A stretch of DNA of 52,699 nucleotides from positions 1 to 52,699 of the forward strand of contig DOMK01000016.1 of NCBI GenBank assembly GCA_003510435.1, read 5' to 3'. The DNA comes from Candidatus Magasanikiibacteriota bacterium (GTDB lineage: Bacteria > Patescibacteriota > Patescibacteriia > Magasanikbacterales > UBA922). Made by a program: the position numbers and the translations under genes. Shown one piece after another: positions 38,592 to 47,464 of this stretch. Below the pieces are notes generated by a model. It was not told where the DNA came from. It saw nothing but the letters and a program-made list of their open reading frames with translations, and made no database searches. How positions within the stretch are numbered: the stretch's first letter is position 1; each line of letters begins with the position of its first letter.

Positions 38592-39335
38592 ATGGAATTC
38601 TTAGGTCCAATTCTAGTGGTGATAGGTATTATCCTAATCATTAGCATCCGCCAAGTCAATCAATACCAAAGAGGGGTAAAATTTATGCTAGGTAAATATA
38701 TAAAAACTATTGAACCTGGTTGGAGAATAGTTTTGCCAATTATTCAAAGCATGACTAAAGTAGATATAAGAACTAAAGCCGTGGATGTTCCTTTACAAGA
38801 GGCCATTACCAAAGACAATGTTTCAGCCAAAATCAATGCCGTAATTTATTACCGCGTGTCTGACGCAGCCAAAGCATTTTTGGAAGTAGAAAATTTTTGG
38901 TATGCAGTGTCTCAGCTAGCCCAAACTACCATGAGAAATGTCGTGGGTGAACTAGAACTTGATCAACTTTTGGCCAATCGTGATGCTGCAGCCGAAAGAA
39001 TCAAAGAAATTGTGGACGCCGCCACTGATCCATGGGGTATAAAAGTAGAAAGACTAGAATTAAAAGATGTTATTTTGCCTGATGATATGCAAAGAGTGAT
39101 TGCCAGACAAGCTGAAGCGGAAAGAGAAAAACGTGCCGTTATTATCAAAGCCAGTGGTGAAATGTTGGCCGCAGAAAACATTGCTAACGCCGCCAAAATA
39201 TTATCTGAAGTTCCAGGCGCTCTACACCTTAGAACTCTTAGTACAATTAATGATTTGAGTTCTGATCAATCTAATACTGTGATCTTCGCTATACCATTGG
39301 AAATATTGAGGGCTTTTGAAAGAATGGGTAAGTAA
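38592..39335 (+). CDS. SPFH/stomatin (slipin) family protein
   Basis: ITKDNV, LAQTTMR, DPWGIKV, QAEAEREKRA. Confidence 0.95.
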   Translation: MEFLGPILVVIGIILIISIRQVNQYQRGVKFMLGKYIKTIEPGWRIVLPIIQSMTKVDIRTKAVDVPLQEAITKDNVSAKINAVIYYRVSDAAKAFLEVENFWYAVSQLAQTTMRNVVGELELDQLLANRDAAAERIKEIVDAATDPWGIKVERLELKDVILPDDMQRVIARQAEAEREKRAVIIKASGEMLAAENIANAAKILSEVPGALHLRTLSTINDLSSDQSNTVIFAIPLEILRAFERMGK

Positions 39336-39436
39336 AACATTGATTCCACAGATTAAACCACTTGCCTGACGGCAAGGATTACACAGATAAAAAAACATTC
39401 CAAATTATTTGGAATGTTTTTTATTAAATCAACAAA

Positions 39437-39483
39437 GGGGTGGCCAATCCGGCTTCATCCTCCTACCGTCGGATTACGCCGGA
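39437..39483. repeat. 11-bp copy of tRNA-His 3' end fused to a REP-like hairpin
   Basis: GGGGTGGCCAA then TCCGGC..ATCC..GGAT..GCCGGA. Confidence 0.65.
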
Positions 39484-39523
39484 TAAACTCAAAATAATTT
39501 TGCAAAATAAAAAAGAAATACAC

Positions 39524-39599
39524 TGGGGTGGCCAACGGGAATTGAACCCGTATTGTCGGTTCCACAAACCGAAGTAATAACCATTATACCATGGCCACC
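39524..39599 (-). tRNA. tRNA-His(GTG) with encoded G-1 and CCA
   Basis: GTGGCCA/TGGCCAC acceptor, C73, TCGGT-TTGTGGA-ACCGA; promoter at 39730-39758. Confidence 0.97.
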
Positions 39600-39763
39600 C
39601 CAATATATTCCTTTGTAAATCCAGCACCACAAGTTTATACTTTATGCTATACAACTTAATAATTACATACTCTATACCACACTTTATCAGCTAATACTAG
39701 TTTTATGGTGCGGGATAAAGAATGCGCCCATTATAAAACAAAAAAAACTTTTTGTCAATGTGT

Positions 39764-40468
39764 TTATGTTTTAGTTAATTCATTAAAATACGGTCGGCCA
39801 AAAAAACATAAATACAAAAAATTGATTAGATATTTTTTAACCCCCCTATCCCAATGATCAAAACGCCGAGAGGAAATTAAACAAGTTAAAACAAAATTTA
39901 ATCGCACTTTTCCGAATTTACTTAACTCTCGAACCAAAGCCCCATCTTCACCAAATTTTAATTTGGCCAAAAAACCAGATGTCTTGATATAATCACTCTT
40001 TCTAAAAATCATACAACAACCCATAGGGCCAAGCCGACCAAGAGAAACAATAAAAGCCATGGGGTACAAAAAAAGATAACAAATAAATAAAACAAAATTT
40101 TTCCATTTTGGCACTTCATAAAACATAGCTCGCGCGCCCAAACAAACTAATTTTTTATCTTGCAAAAATATTTTATTTATCCTCACTAAAAAATCTTCTG
40201 GCAATCTAGTGTCAGCATCAATATTAATAATAAAATCTCCCTGAGCCAAGGCTGTACCCGCTCTTCTCGCTGCCCCTGCCCCTTGAATATTTTCTTTAAT
40301 AACTTTAACACCAAAGTCCTCGGCGATTTTATAAGTATTATCTGTAGAATTATTATCTACCACAATTATTTCATAAGCAAAATTCCCTTGCTGTTTTTGG
40401 CAAGCTTCAATACAGGCGGGCAAGATGTCAGCTTCGTTATAAGCCGGGATTATAATAGAATATTGCAT
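39764..40468 (-). CDS. Glycosyltransferase family 2
   Basis: IIPAYNE, VDNNSTD, IDAD, GED. Confidence 0.93.
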   Translation of the reverse strand: MQYSIIIPAYNEADILPACIEACQKQQGNFAYEIIVVDNNSTDNTYKIAEDFGVKVIKENIQGAGAARRAGTALAQGDFIINIDADTRLPEDFLVRINKIFLQDKKLVCLGARAMFYEVPKWKNFVLFICYLFLYPMAFIVSLGRLGPMGCCMIFRKSDYIKTSGFLAKLKFGEDGALVRELSKFGKVRLNFVLTCLISSRRFDHWDRGVKKYLINFLYLCFFGRPYFNELTKT

Positions 40469-40573
40469 AGTGTAAATATCATAACAAATTTGGAGAAAAT
40501 AAAAAAGCCCCTTCCCAAAAAAGAGGCTCCTGAGATTATCATCAAAAAATACTAAACTAGCATAAGAAAATTT

Positions 40574-41170
40574 CTACCAAGCAGGTGGCGAAGCTTCAAA
40601 CAAGTTAGAACTACCATTGTCTGTACCCCAGGCTGGATAATCATTTTCTGTACGCATCGGATCTTGATTAAAAAGATTGCCATTGCCTTGTTCTATTTCC
40701 CATTCTTGATTAGCATAAAAAGTACCAGTCTGTGGATCACCTCTAACCGTAAGATATTTAGCCGCAAAAACAGTAATACTATAAGCACTCAAAACTATCA
40801 GGGTACCAACAGCGGCATTACGAACCATACTTATACCTTTTTTAACTTTTTCCTCATTACCAGCCGAAGTCATCCACAAATAAGCACCATACGTAAGATA
40901 AATCACAAAAATAATTCCGATAAAACCCAAAATTATTTCAATAATATAGGCAGCAATCAAACGTGGATCCTCAGGTGTACCAAAATTTGCCCCCTTAACA
41001 CCAGTCGCTGCTTCTAGCTGTTGTTTGGCATTAATTCTAAAATCCGTACTTGAGACAGCTTGTGCCAAAAAATTATTAAACAAAAATAAACTCCCAAATA
41101 AAATAATCATGGAAAACATTATAATTTTTTTAATCCCTCGAGTACCTCGGGACAAATTTTCATTTTTCAT
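40574..41170 (-). CDS. VirB2/TrbC-like pilin with polar C-terminal tail
   Basis: Signal peptide (AQA), YLWMTSAGNEEKVKKG motif between two TM helices. Confidence 0.85.
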   Translation of the reverse strand: MKNENLSRGTRGIKKIIMFSMIILFGSLFLFNNFLAQAVSSTDFRINAKQQLEAATGVKGANFGTPEDPRLIAAYIIEIILGFIGIIFVIYLTYGAYLWMTSAGNEEKVKKGISMVRNAAVGTLIVLSAYSITVFAAKYLTVRGDPQTGTFYANQEWEIEQGNGNLFNQDPMRTENDYPAWGTDNGSSNLFEASPPAW

Positions 41171-41194
41171 ATTTTTTATAACTTTCTAAAATAA

Positions 41195-41620
41195 CTACTT
41201 GGTGGCTTCTATTTCCAAAACTACAGCTTCTTTGACTTTGCTACCTACATAGATGGTAATACTATAAGCAGCCAAAACTATAACTAAACCAATGATGGTT
41301 GCTTGGATTGTTTTCAAAGCTTTTTTCTGTCTTTCCTCTTCTCCTTGAGAAGTGATATACCAATAACCGCCAGCTACCAAATAAACCATAAAAATTGTTC
41401 CTACCAAACCTAGTAATATAGTTATAATATTTTCTACCATTCGTCTTGGATCTGCTTTACCAGTCATACCGGCACCATATTCTGCCCCGACTTGAATTTG
41501 ACCTTTTATCTGTTCAGCCATTGAACTGGTAACTGTAAAATCGGCCTGTGCCAAATTAAAAAAAGAAAAAATAGATATGATCGTAATTAAAGAAAAAATA
41601 AAAATTTTAATAAATTTCAT
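41195..41620 (-). CDS. VirB2/TrbC-like pilin
   Basis: GYWYITSQGEEERQKKA motif. Confidence 0.85.
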   Translation of the reverse strand: MKFIKIFIFSLITIISIFSFFNLAQADFTVTSSMAEQIKGQIQVGAEYGAGMTGKADPRRMVENIITILLGLVGTIFMVYLVAGGYWYITSQGEEERQKKALKTIQATIIGLVIVLAAYSITIYVGSKVKEAVVLEIEATK

Positions 41621-41634
41621 ATAAAAATTGTTAG

Positions 41635-42294
41635 CTACCTATTGACATCATAATCTTCTGCGATTGCTTGACATTCTTCTGGACTTTTAACTTCTTTTGT
41701 TTCACACAAATTTAATACATTTGTATCACCTCTACATTCACCTTCATTTACAGCTTCATCACCCCAAGCTCCCCAACCCTGATCACCAGATTTTATACAG
41801 TCATCTACCTGTTTTACTATTACACCACCCCAAAATGTATTAGCACCTTCATTATAATTTCTCAAACAACAAATTAGGTTAGGGATTTCATCATTAGGTT
41901 TTTTAGTACTAATGGTTCGCCCGACCAAACCTGAAACCACTAGATTGGTGGTACCATAGGCACCAACCACAATTAAAATCCCAATTACAGCTGTACTCAA
42001 GATTTTTTGCGCTTTTTTGATGTCTTCTTCTTCGCCTCTGGCTAAGAGCCAGAGATAGCCAGCATAAAAAGTTAGCAGTAAAAATACTACCCCGAGCATA
42101 GAAAGAGCTACGCTTATTATTTTGCCGATTCTTTTACTAAGAGCACCAGGGTCATTAACATCTTCATAACTTGCTTTTATGGCTGTTTTGCCTGCAATAT
42201 CTCCGCCCAAATCAAGAGCCAAGGTTTTTTGTACAAACAAAAACATTATGCCAAAAAATAATATTACTAACAATATTTTATAAGCCTTTTTCAT
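41635..42294 (-). CDS. Pilin with Cys-rich C-terminal domain
   Basis: GYLWLLARGEEEDIKKA; ICC plus 4 more Cys. Confidence 0.85.
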   Translation of the reverse strand: MKKAYKILLVILFFGIMFLFVQKTLALDLGGDIAGKTAIKASYEDVNDPGALSKRIGKIISVALSMLGVVFLLLTFYAGYLWLLARGEEEDIKKAQKILSTAVIGILIVVGAYGTTNLVVSGLVGRTISTKKPNDEIPNLICCLRNYNEGANTFWGGVIVKQVDDCIKSGDQGWGAWGDEAVNEGECRGDTNVLNLCETKEVKSPEECQAIAEDYDVNR

Positions 42295-42644
42295 AATCTA
42301 AAAATAACAAAATTAGTCAGAGCATAAGAACCAACCACAACAATCGTACCAATAATTGCCGCTCGAATTATTTTTTGCGCTTTTTGGACCTGTTCTTCTT
42401 CACCATGCGATGTCATCCATAGAATTCCCGCGTAAATCATCAAGGCCAAAAAGAAAATTCCCACAGTACCCAAAAGTATTTGAATAACTAAACCCAAAGT
42501 TTCAGAAAAAGTTGTTTCCGAGGTAGTTTCTAAATAACCAGACTTTTCTGCTAGACCCTTAGTATTACCATAACCAACATTAACCGCCAAGACTGCAGTT
42601 GGTAATATGCAAAGAGAAATAATTAACAAAAAAAACTTTTTCAT
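42291..42644 (-). CDS. VirB2/TrbC-like pilin
   Basis: GILWMTSHGEEEQVQKA. Confidence 0.85.
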   Translation of the reverse strand: MKKFFLLIISLCILPTAVLAVNVGYGNTKGLAEKSGYLETTSETTFSETLGLVIQILLGTVGIFFLALMIYAGILWMTSHGEEEQVQKAQKIIRAAIIGTIVVVGSYALTNFVIFRL

Positions 42645-42661
42645 ATTTTTTTAAACAAATT

Positions 42662-43042
42662 TTAGACCTGACCCAAACGAGTCGTGACAAGTAAAGTAAT
42701 AGCATAAGCACTAAGTACTATCACTAAACCAATAACTGATTCTATTACAATTTTTTGCGCTTTTTTTACTTGTTCTTCTTCCCCTTTAGCTGTCATCCAC
42801 AAATAACCACCATAAATCATAAGGACCATAAATATCATACCCACCAGACTCAAGGCCGTAGAAATTCCCATACCAATTACATCTGACAAGGGACGTTTGG
42901 TACTATCACCAATTGCTTTCTGACCAGCTTGGCCAAGAAATTTTGAAGCATCATTTAGATTTCCTTCGGCCAAAGACATACCAGCCGGTGCAAATAACAT
43001 TGTCATTATAATTATTAAAATAATTTTTTTGAAAATTTTCAT
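42662..43042 (-). CDS. VirB2/TrbC-like pilin
   Basis: GYLWMTAKGEEEQVKKA. Confidence 0.85.
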   Translation of the reverse strand: MKIFKKIILIIIMTMLFAPAGMSLAEGNLNDASKFLGQAGQKAIGDSTKRPLSDVIGMGISTALSLVGMIFMVLMIYGGYLWMTAKGEEEQVKKAQKIVIESVIGLVIVLSAYAITLLVTTRLGQV

Positions 43043-43065
43043 ATATATAAATATAAATAATAATT

Positions 43066-43704
43066 TTATCGATCAAAACTTTGTTTTCCATCCCACTTAG
43101 CTTCACAGGCTTTTGCATCTAGTCCTTCATGAAATTCATAAGTACCAGGCCCATACAAATTATCCATTGGGTTATTGGCATTATTTCCTATAGTATAACA
43201 TTCTCCATCAGTCACCACTTTCCATACCCAATAGGCATAAGACACTTCCCAAGCATCTTCTGGTGGTACTCTTAATTGATCTAAGCAACAACCCAACTTA
43301 TCATAAGTAGCATCGGGTGATGGATTATTTGTACCTGTATCTAAACCACTAAACACAAAACTTGTAATGGCATAACTACTAACTATAACTAACAAACCTA
43401 ATGAAGCCATGATAATAGTTTTTTGGGATTTTTTAATTTTTTCTTCTTCACCTTGGGCGGTCATCCAAAGTAGACCAGCATAAACCATTAAAATTAAAAA
43501 AATTGTTGAAATTAAAACTAAAGCTACTTTTACTATTATTCCAACATACTCAGAAATATTTGATGTCTGTACTATATTTACTCCGGCATTCCCAGCCACA
43601 TTGTCTAGTATTGTGTTCTGATCAGTTATATCAGTTGCCAAAGAAACACTAGGCATTATTATACCAGCTATTAATATTACTATAATTAATAACTTTTTAT
43701 ACAT
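43066..43704 (-). CDS. Pilin with Cys-containing C-terminal domain
   Basis: GLLWMTAQGEEEKIKKS; LGCC. Confidence 0.85.
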   Translation of the reverse strand: MYKKLLIIVILIAGIIMPSVSLATDITDQNTILDNVAGNAGVNIVQTSNISEYVGIIVKVALVLISTIFLILMVYAGLLWMTAQGEEEKIKKSQKTIIMASLGLLVIVSSYAITSFVFSGLDTGTNNPSPDATYDKLGCCLDQLRVPPEDAWEVSYAYWVWKVVTDGECYTIGNNANNPMDNLYGPGTYEFHEGLDAKACEAKWDGKQSFDR

Positions 43705-43712
43705 AAACTTAA

Positions 43713-44306
43713 TTAAGTTTCAAAAACACATGGGTCACCCTCTTTTTGCCAACCACTGCATATATCTTGGCATGTTCTACCAACAAAAAAACCAATTGGT
43801 GTGCCGTTGCATTTTGCCCTGCAGTCTTTAATGGCTTCGTCTTCTTCAATTTTAATATCTCTAAAATTAAAATTGTAACAACCATTACCATCATTACACC
43901 TACAAGCATTTGGCTGACCACCAACAATCTTTTCATCCTTTACTCCGCTCACCAAAAAATTTGTCACAGCATAGGCACTAAAAACTATGACTATACCAAT
44001 AATCGCACCAAACACAGCATCTATGCCTTTTTTAGCATTTTCTTCATTCCCCCGAGCAACCATCCATTTGAAACCACCATAAATCATAATCCCAAAAAAT
44101 ACTACCCCCACTATGGCTAGACCAGAACCGATTATTGTCCCCAGAAGAGTTGGAACATCTTCTGGTGCTTCCATACCCCTAATACCAGTCCCTTGAGCAG
44201 TTTTATTCAAACCAGACTCAAAATCAAAAGCCGAAACAAAAACTGGCATGAATAACAGGCTAATTATAATAACAATAAAATAAAACTTTTTTAACATAAT
44301 TTGCAA
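43713..44306 (-). CDS. Pilin with 8-Cys C-terminal domain
   Basis: GFKWMVARGNEENAKKG; CRC..C..C..C..C..C..C; start may be the second Met. Confidence 0.85.
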   Translation of the reverse strand: MQIMLKKFYFIVIIISLLFMPVFVSAFDFESGLNKTAQGTGIRGMEAPEDVPTLLGTIIGSGLAIVGVVFFGIMIYGGFKWMVARGNEENAKKGIDAVFGAIIGIVIVFSAYAVTNFLVSGVKDEKIVGGQPNACRCNDGNGCYNFNFRDIKIEEDEAIKDCRAKCNGTPIGFFVGRTCQDICSGWQKEGDPCVFET

Positions 44307-44328
44307 ATTATAAAACTTACTGGCAAAA

Positions 44329-44703
44329 TTATTTAACCGTGGTAAAAATAAAATTAGTTAGGGCGTAAGAACCAAGAATAACCAACAAACCAATAATCGC
44401 GGCAAAAATTGTTTCTGTGGCTTTTTTACTTTGTTCACTGTTTCCCTTAGATATTATCCATAAGTAGCCACCATAAACCATAAGAAAGAAAAATAAAACT
44501 GCAATTAAAGATAAAGCCGCGCCAATTACATTACCAATGGTATTTTGAATCGGAACATTTTTGGCATTATCTCTACTAGCCAATTCAGCTCTCGCTGCTA
44601 AATCTTTCAAACCATAATCTCCTGCCAAGACAACAGAAAAACCCAAAAAAAATATTCCCAATGTTAATATACTAACCAAACTAATTTTAATAATTTTTAA
44701 CAT
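44329..44703 (-). CDS. VirB2/TrbC-like pilin
   Basis: GYLWIISKGNSEQSKKA. Confidence 0.85.
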   Translation of the reverse strand: MLKIIKISLVSILTLGIFFLGFSVVLAGDYGLKDLAARAELASRDNAKNVPIQNTIGNVIGAALSLIAVLFFFLMVYGGYLWIISKGNSEQSKKATETIFAAIIGLLVILGSYALTNFIFTTVK

Positions 44704-44709
44704 ATATTA

Positions 44710-45267
44710 TTATGGATTTTTGCAGGCATCTTGTTTTTCCTTTTCAGAAATTTCTTCTGAAGTTACAGACGTCCCAGCAGCTCCTCCTGGACAAACTACA
44801 ACAGCACCATTTGCAGGATAAAAAATTTTTGTATTATTTGTACCATCAGTGTAAGTACAACATATGCCTAATTTCGTTGGTGGGGTTTGTTTCACACTAC
44901 TAAACATAAACTTTACCAACGTATAAGAACTTAAAACAATTACAATTCCAATCACCGCACCCAAAATAATATTAAGAGATTTTTTGGCTTCTTCTTCACT
45001 CCCACGAGACATCATCCAACGCACACCCGCATAAATCATTAATCCAAAAAAAGCTACGGAAATAAAAGATAAAACATTGCCCACGATTGTACCAATATAG
45101 AGCTGGAGATCGTTACCTGGCACTTTGGTATTAAGACTGCTAGCTTCACCAGCTTTTTCCAAAAGATCAAATGGTGGTTGAGCAAAAACTGGTTGAACTA
45201 AAAATAAAATAGTAAATAAAAATACCATCAGTAATAAAATTCTTTTTATTGTAAAACTGTTTTTCAT
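44710..45267 (-). CDS. Pilin with Cys-containing C-terminal domain
   Basis: GVRWMMSRGSEEEAKKS; GICC. Confidence 0.85.
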   Translation of the reverse strand: MKNSFTIKRILLLMVFLFTILFLVQPVFAQPPFDLLEKAGEASSLNTKVPGNDLQLYIGTIVGNVLSFISVAFFGLMIYAGVRWMMSRGSEEEAKKSLNIILGAVIGIVIVLSSYTLVKFMFSSVKQTPPTKLGICCTYTDGTNNTKIFYPANGAVVVCPGGAAGTSVTSEEISEKEKQDACKNP

Positions 45268-45278
45268 GTCTAGTTATT

Positions 45279-45719
45279 TTAGTTGCTACCACTCCAACCG
45301 CGACCCGCATCATCCACAGAACTATAATCCTTACCCGTGGTAGCAAAGAATAAATTAGTTAAAACAAACTTGCTAATCGCATAAGCAGACAATATAATGG
45401 CCAAGCCAATCACCGCGGCATACAAAATACTCTGGGCGCTTTTGACATTTTCTTCATTGCCCCCAGCGGTCATCCATTTGAAACCAGCATAAACAATCAA
45501 ACACACGGCTACAGTACCCAAAATTCCTAAAATTGAATTGATAATCAAAGCAGCTGTGACTCTGATGTCGTGCGTCCCTAGGCCAGTCGCTTGGCCATAT
45601 TCCAAACCAAGATATGGGCCAGATTCAGTTTGAATCAAAGCCTGGGCTGGATTAAAAGAAAAAATCAGACCAAAGACAAACAAAAAAACAAATAAAAACC
45701 CAAAAATTTTCTTCTTCAT
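45279..45719 (-). CDS. VirB2/TrbC-like pilin, close relative of the duplicated pair
   Basis: GLEYG..TGLG..D.R and GFKWMTAGGNEE. Confidence 0.85.
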   Translation of the reverse strand: MKKKIFGFLFVFLFVFGLIFSFNPAQALIQTESGPYLGLEYGQATGLGTHDIRVTAALIINSILGILGTVAVCLIVYAGFKWMTAGGNEENVKSAQSILYAAVIGLAIILSAYAISKFVLTNLFFATTGKDYSSVDDAGRGWSGSN

Positions 45720-45758
45720 AATGATTGAATTAATAAATAAATTATTTTCAATTATAAA

Positions 45759-45831
45759 CTCCGTTTGATTCCGTTAGTTCTGTTGTAAATTTAACAACAG
45801 AAATAACGGAATTGAACAGAGGAAAACAGAA
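45759..45831. repeat. Fold-back element of opposed 9-10-mer arrays; homolog at 48862-48944
   Basis: TTCCGTT..TTCTGTTGTAAA..ACAAC(A/G)GA..TAACGGAA.TGAACAGAG.AAAACAGAA in both. Confidence 0.8.
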
Positions 45832-45905
45832 AAATCTATTTTAATTCACGGCAACTATACTCAATATAAATTCTATGAAAAATACAATGGGTACTTTATT
45901 CACAA

Positions 45906-45977
45906 GGGATTCTTCCTGCCCGCAATGTAAGTCCCGATAAAATCGGGATTGCAGGCGGGCGCTTCGCTCAGAATAAC
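45906..45977. repeat. Nested REP elements
   Basis: GGGATTCTTC[45916-45960 insert]GCTTCGCTCAGAATAAC. Confidence 0.8.
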
Positions 45978-45981
45978 ATTT

Positions 45982-46034
45982 GAAAAAGAGACAGGGTGGC
46001 CCGATCGGGTGTTTTCCACCCTGTTTCTCTTTTC
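45982..46034 (-). terminator. Strong hairpin after the duplicated pilins
   Basis: GAAAAAGAGACAGGGTGG / CCACCCTGTTTCTCTTTTC. Confidence 0.7.
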
Positions 46035-46039
46035 TTTAA

Positions 46040-46471
46040 TTATTCATCCAAACCTACTTCGGTGTATGTTCCACCATGAGTGGCGGTATACAATTGTTTC
46101 AAGACAAAGTTGGCTACAGCATAAGCTGACAAGATAATCGCCATACCAATGATACCAGCAAAAATTAATTTTCTAGCTTCACCAGTCTTTTCTTCATTAC
46201 CACCAGCGGTCATCCATTTGAAACCACCAGCCAAGATAATTACGACAGCGACGATACCAAGTAAACTTAGGGCCACATTGATAATACTGGAAATAGTTGT
46301 TCTTACATCTTTTTGACCAAGACCAGTATCAGCACCGTATTGTAAACCAAAGTTGATATCACCTTCAGCTGCGTTGGCTACTAAAGGAGCGCTTACTAAC
46401 AAACCCATTAACATGGTGAAAACAATCGCCATGATAGTTTTGTATTTTGCTAATTTTACTAATAAATACAT
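46040..46471 (-). CDS. Candidate major pilin, copy 2 (start ATG 46471)
   Basis: GGGGGTG RBS; near-identical to 46523-46957. Confidence 0.88.
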   Translation of the reverse strand: MYLLVKLAKYKTIMAIVFTMLMGLLVSAPLVANAAEGDINFGLQYGADTGLGQKDVRTTISSIINVALSLLGIVAVVIILAGGFKWMTAGGNEEKTGEARKLIFAGIIGMAIILSAYAVANFVLKQLYTATHGGTYTEVGLDE

Positions 46472-46522
46472 GTTTTTCACCCCCTTTCATTTTAGGGTTA
46501 TTTAACTAATTTCAATTTGAAC

Positions 46523-46957
46523 TTAAACATCAGTTGGAACATCAGTTTCATAATCGCCACCAGTAGTAGCAAAGTACAATTGTTTCAAGACAAAGTTGGC
46601 TACAGCATAAGCTGACAAAATAATGGCCATACCAATCACACCAGCCATAATCATTTTTCTAGCTTCGCCAGTCTTTTCTTCGTTTCCCCCGGCTGTCATC
46701 CATTTGAAACCACCAGCCAAGATAATTACTACTGCGACGATACCAAGCAAACTTAGGGCCACATTGATAATACTGGAAATAGTACTGCGAACATCTTTAT
46801 TTCCCAAACCAGTATCAGCACCATATTGCAAACCAAAGTTAATTTGAGGAGCGGCAGCACTAGCCATCAAAGGCGCGCCAACAAAGAAACCAAACATCAT
46901 GGTGAAAACAATCGCCATGATAGTTTTGTATTTTGCTAATTTTACTAATAAATACAT
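46523..46957 (-). CDS. Candidate major pilin, copy 1 (start ATG 46957)
   Basis: GGGGGTG RBS; GFKWMTAGGNEEKTGEA motif. Confidence 0.88.
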   Translation of the reverse strand: MYLLVKLAKYKTIMAIVFTMMFGFFVGAPLMASAAAPQINFGLQYGADTGLGNKDVRSTISSIINVALSLLGIVAVVIILAGGFKWMTAGGNEEKTGEARKMIMAGVIGMAIILSAYAVANFVLKQLYFATTGGDYETDVPTDV

Positions 46958-46996
46958 GTTTTCACCCCCTTTCAAGGAAAAAATAATTATTTATTT

Positions 46997-47419
46997 TTAA
47001 TTTAATAAAGTCTTCAAAACCAGAGTTATTATAGCATAGCTGGCAAAAATTATAAAGAGGCCTATGACTGCCCAAAACATCGCTTGCATACCACTCTTCA
47101 CTTTTTCGGCATTGCCTGCTGAAGTAAGCCAAGAAAAACCGCCATAAATAAACACTATTAGAGTCAACGCGCCAACAAAACCCAAAAGTTTTTGGATTGC
47201 CCCACCAATTATCACTGGAATAACAGTCTCACCTTTTATCTTCGCGGTCTCATCAGCAGTTGTGTCTATTTTTCCATCGGCTGTTAATTTGCTAAGTGGA
47301 TTTTCCAAAGAAACCACACTACCTTCAGCTGGTGTGTCTACCGCCTTGGCAATACCAAAAAACTGCCCACCAAAAATTACCACTAAAATTAATATACCTA
47401 ACAAATAATATTTTTTCAT
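46997..47419 (-). CDS. VirB2/TrbC-like pilin
   Basis: LENPL and GFSWLTSAGNAEKVKSG. Confidence 0.85.
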   Translation of the reverse strand: MKKYYLLGILILVVIFGGQFFGIAKAVDTPAEGSVVSLENPLSKLTADGKIDTTADETAKIKGETVIPVIIGGAIQKLLGFVGALTLIVFIYGGFSWLTSAGNAEKVKSGMQAMFWAVIGLFIIFASYAIITLVLKTLLN

Positions 47420-47464
47420 AATTGGAATGAGACGAAATTAATAAATTACATTCTAAAACAAATC

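Noticed and set aside
40574-47419. Type IVa pilins
   Set aside because: No class III signal peptide (G-FTLxE); they have ordinary signal peptides and two TM helices
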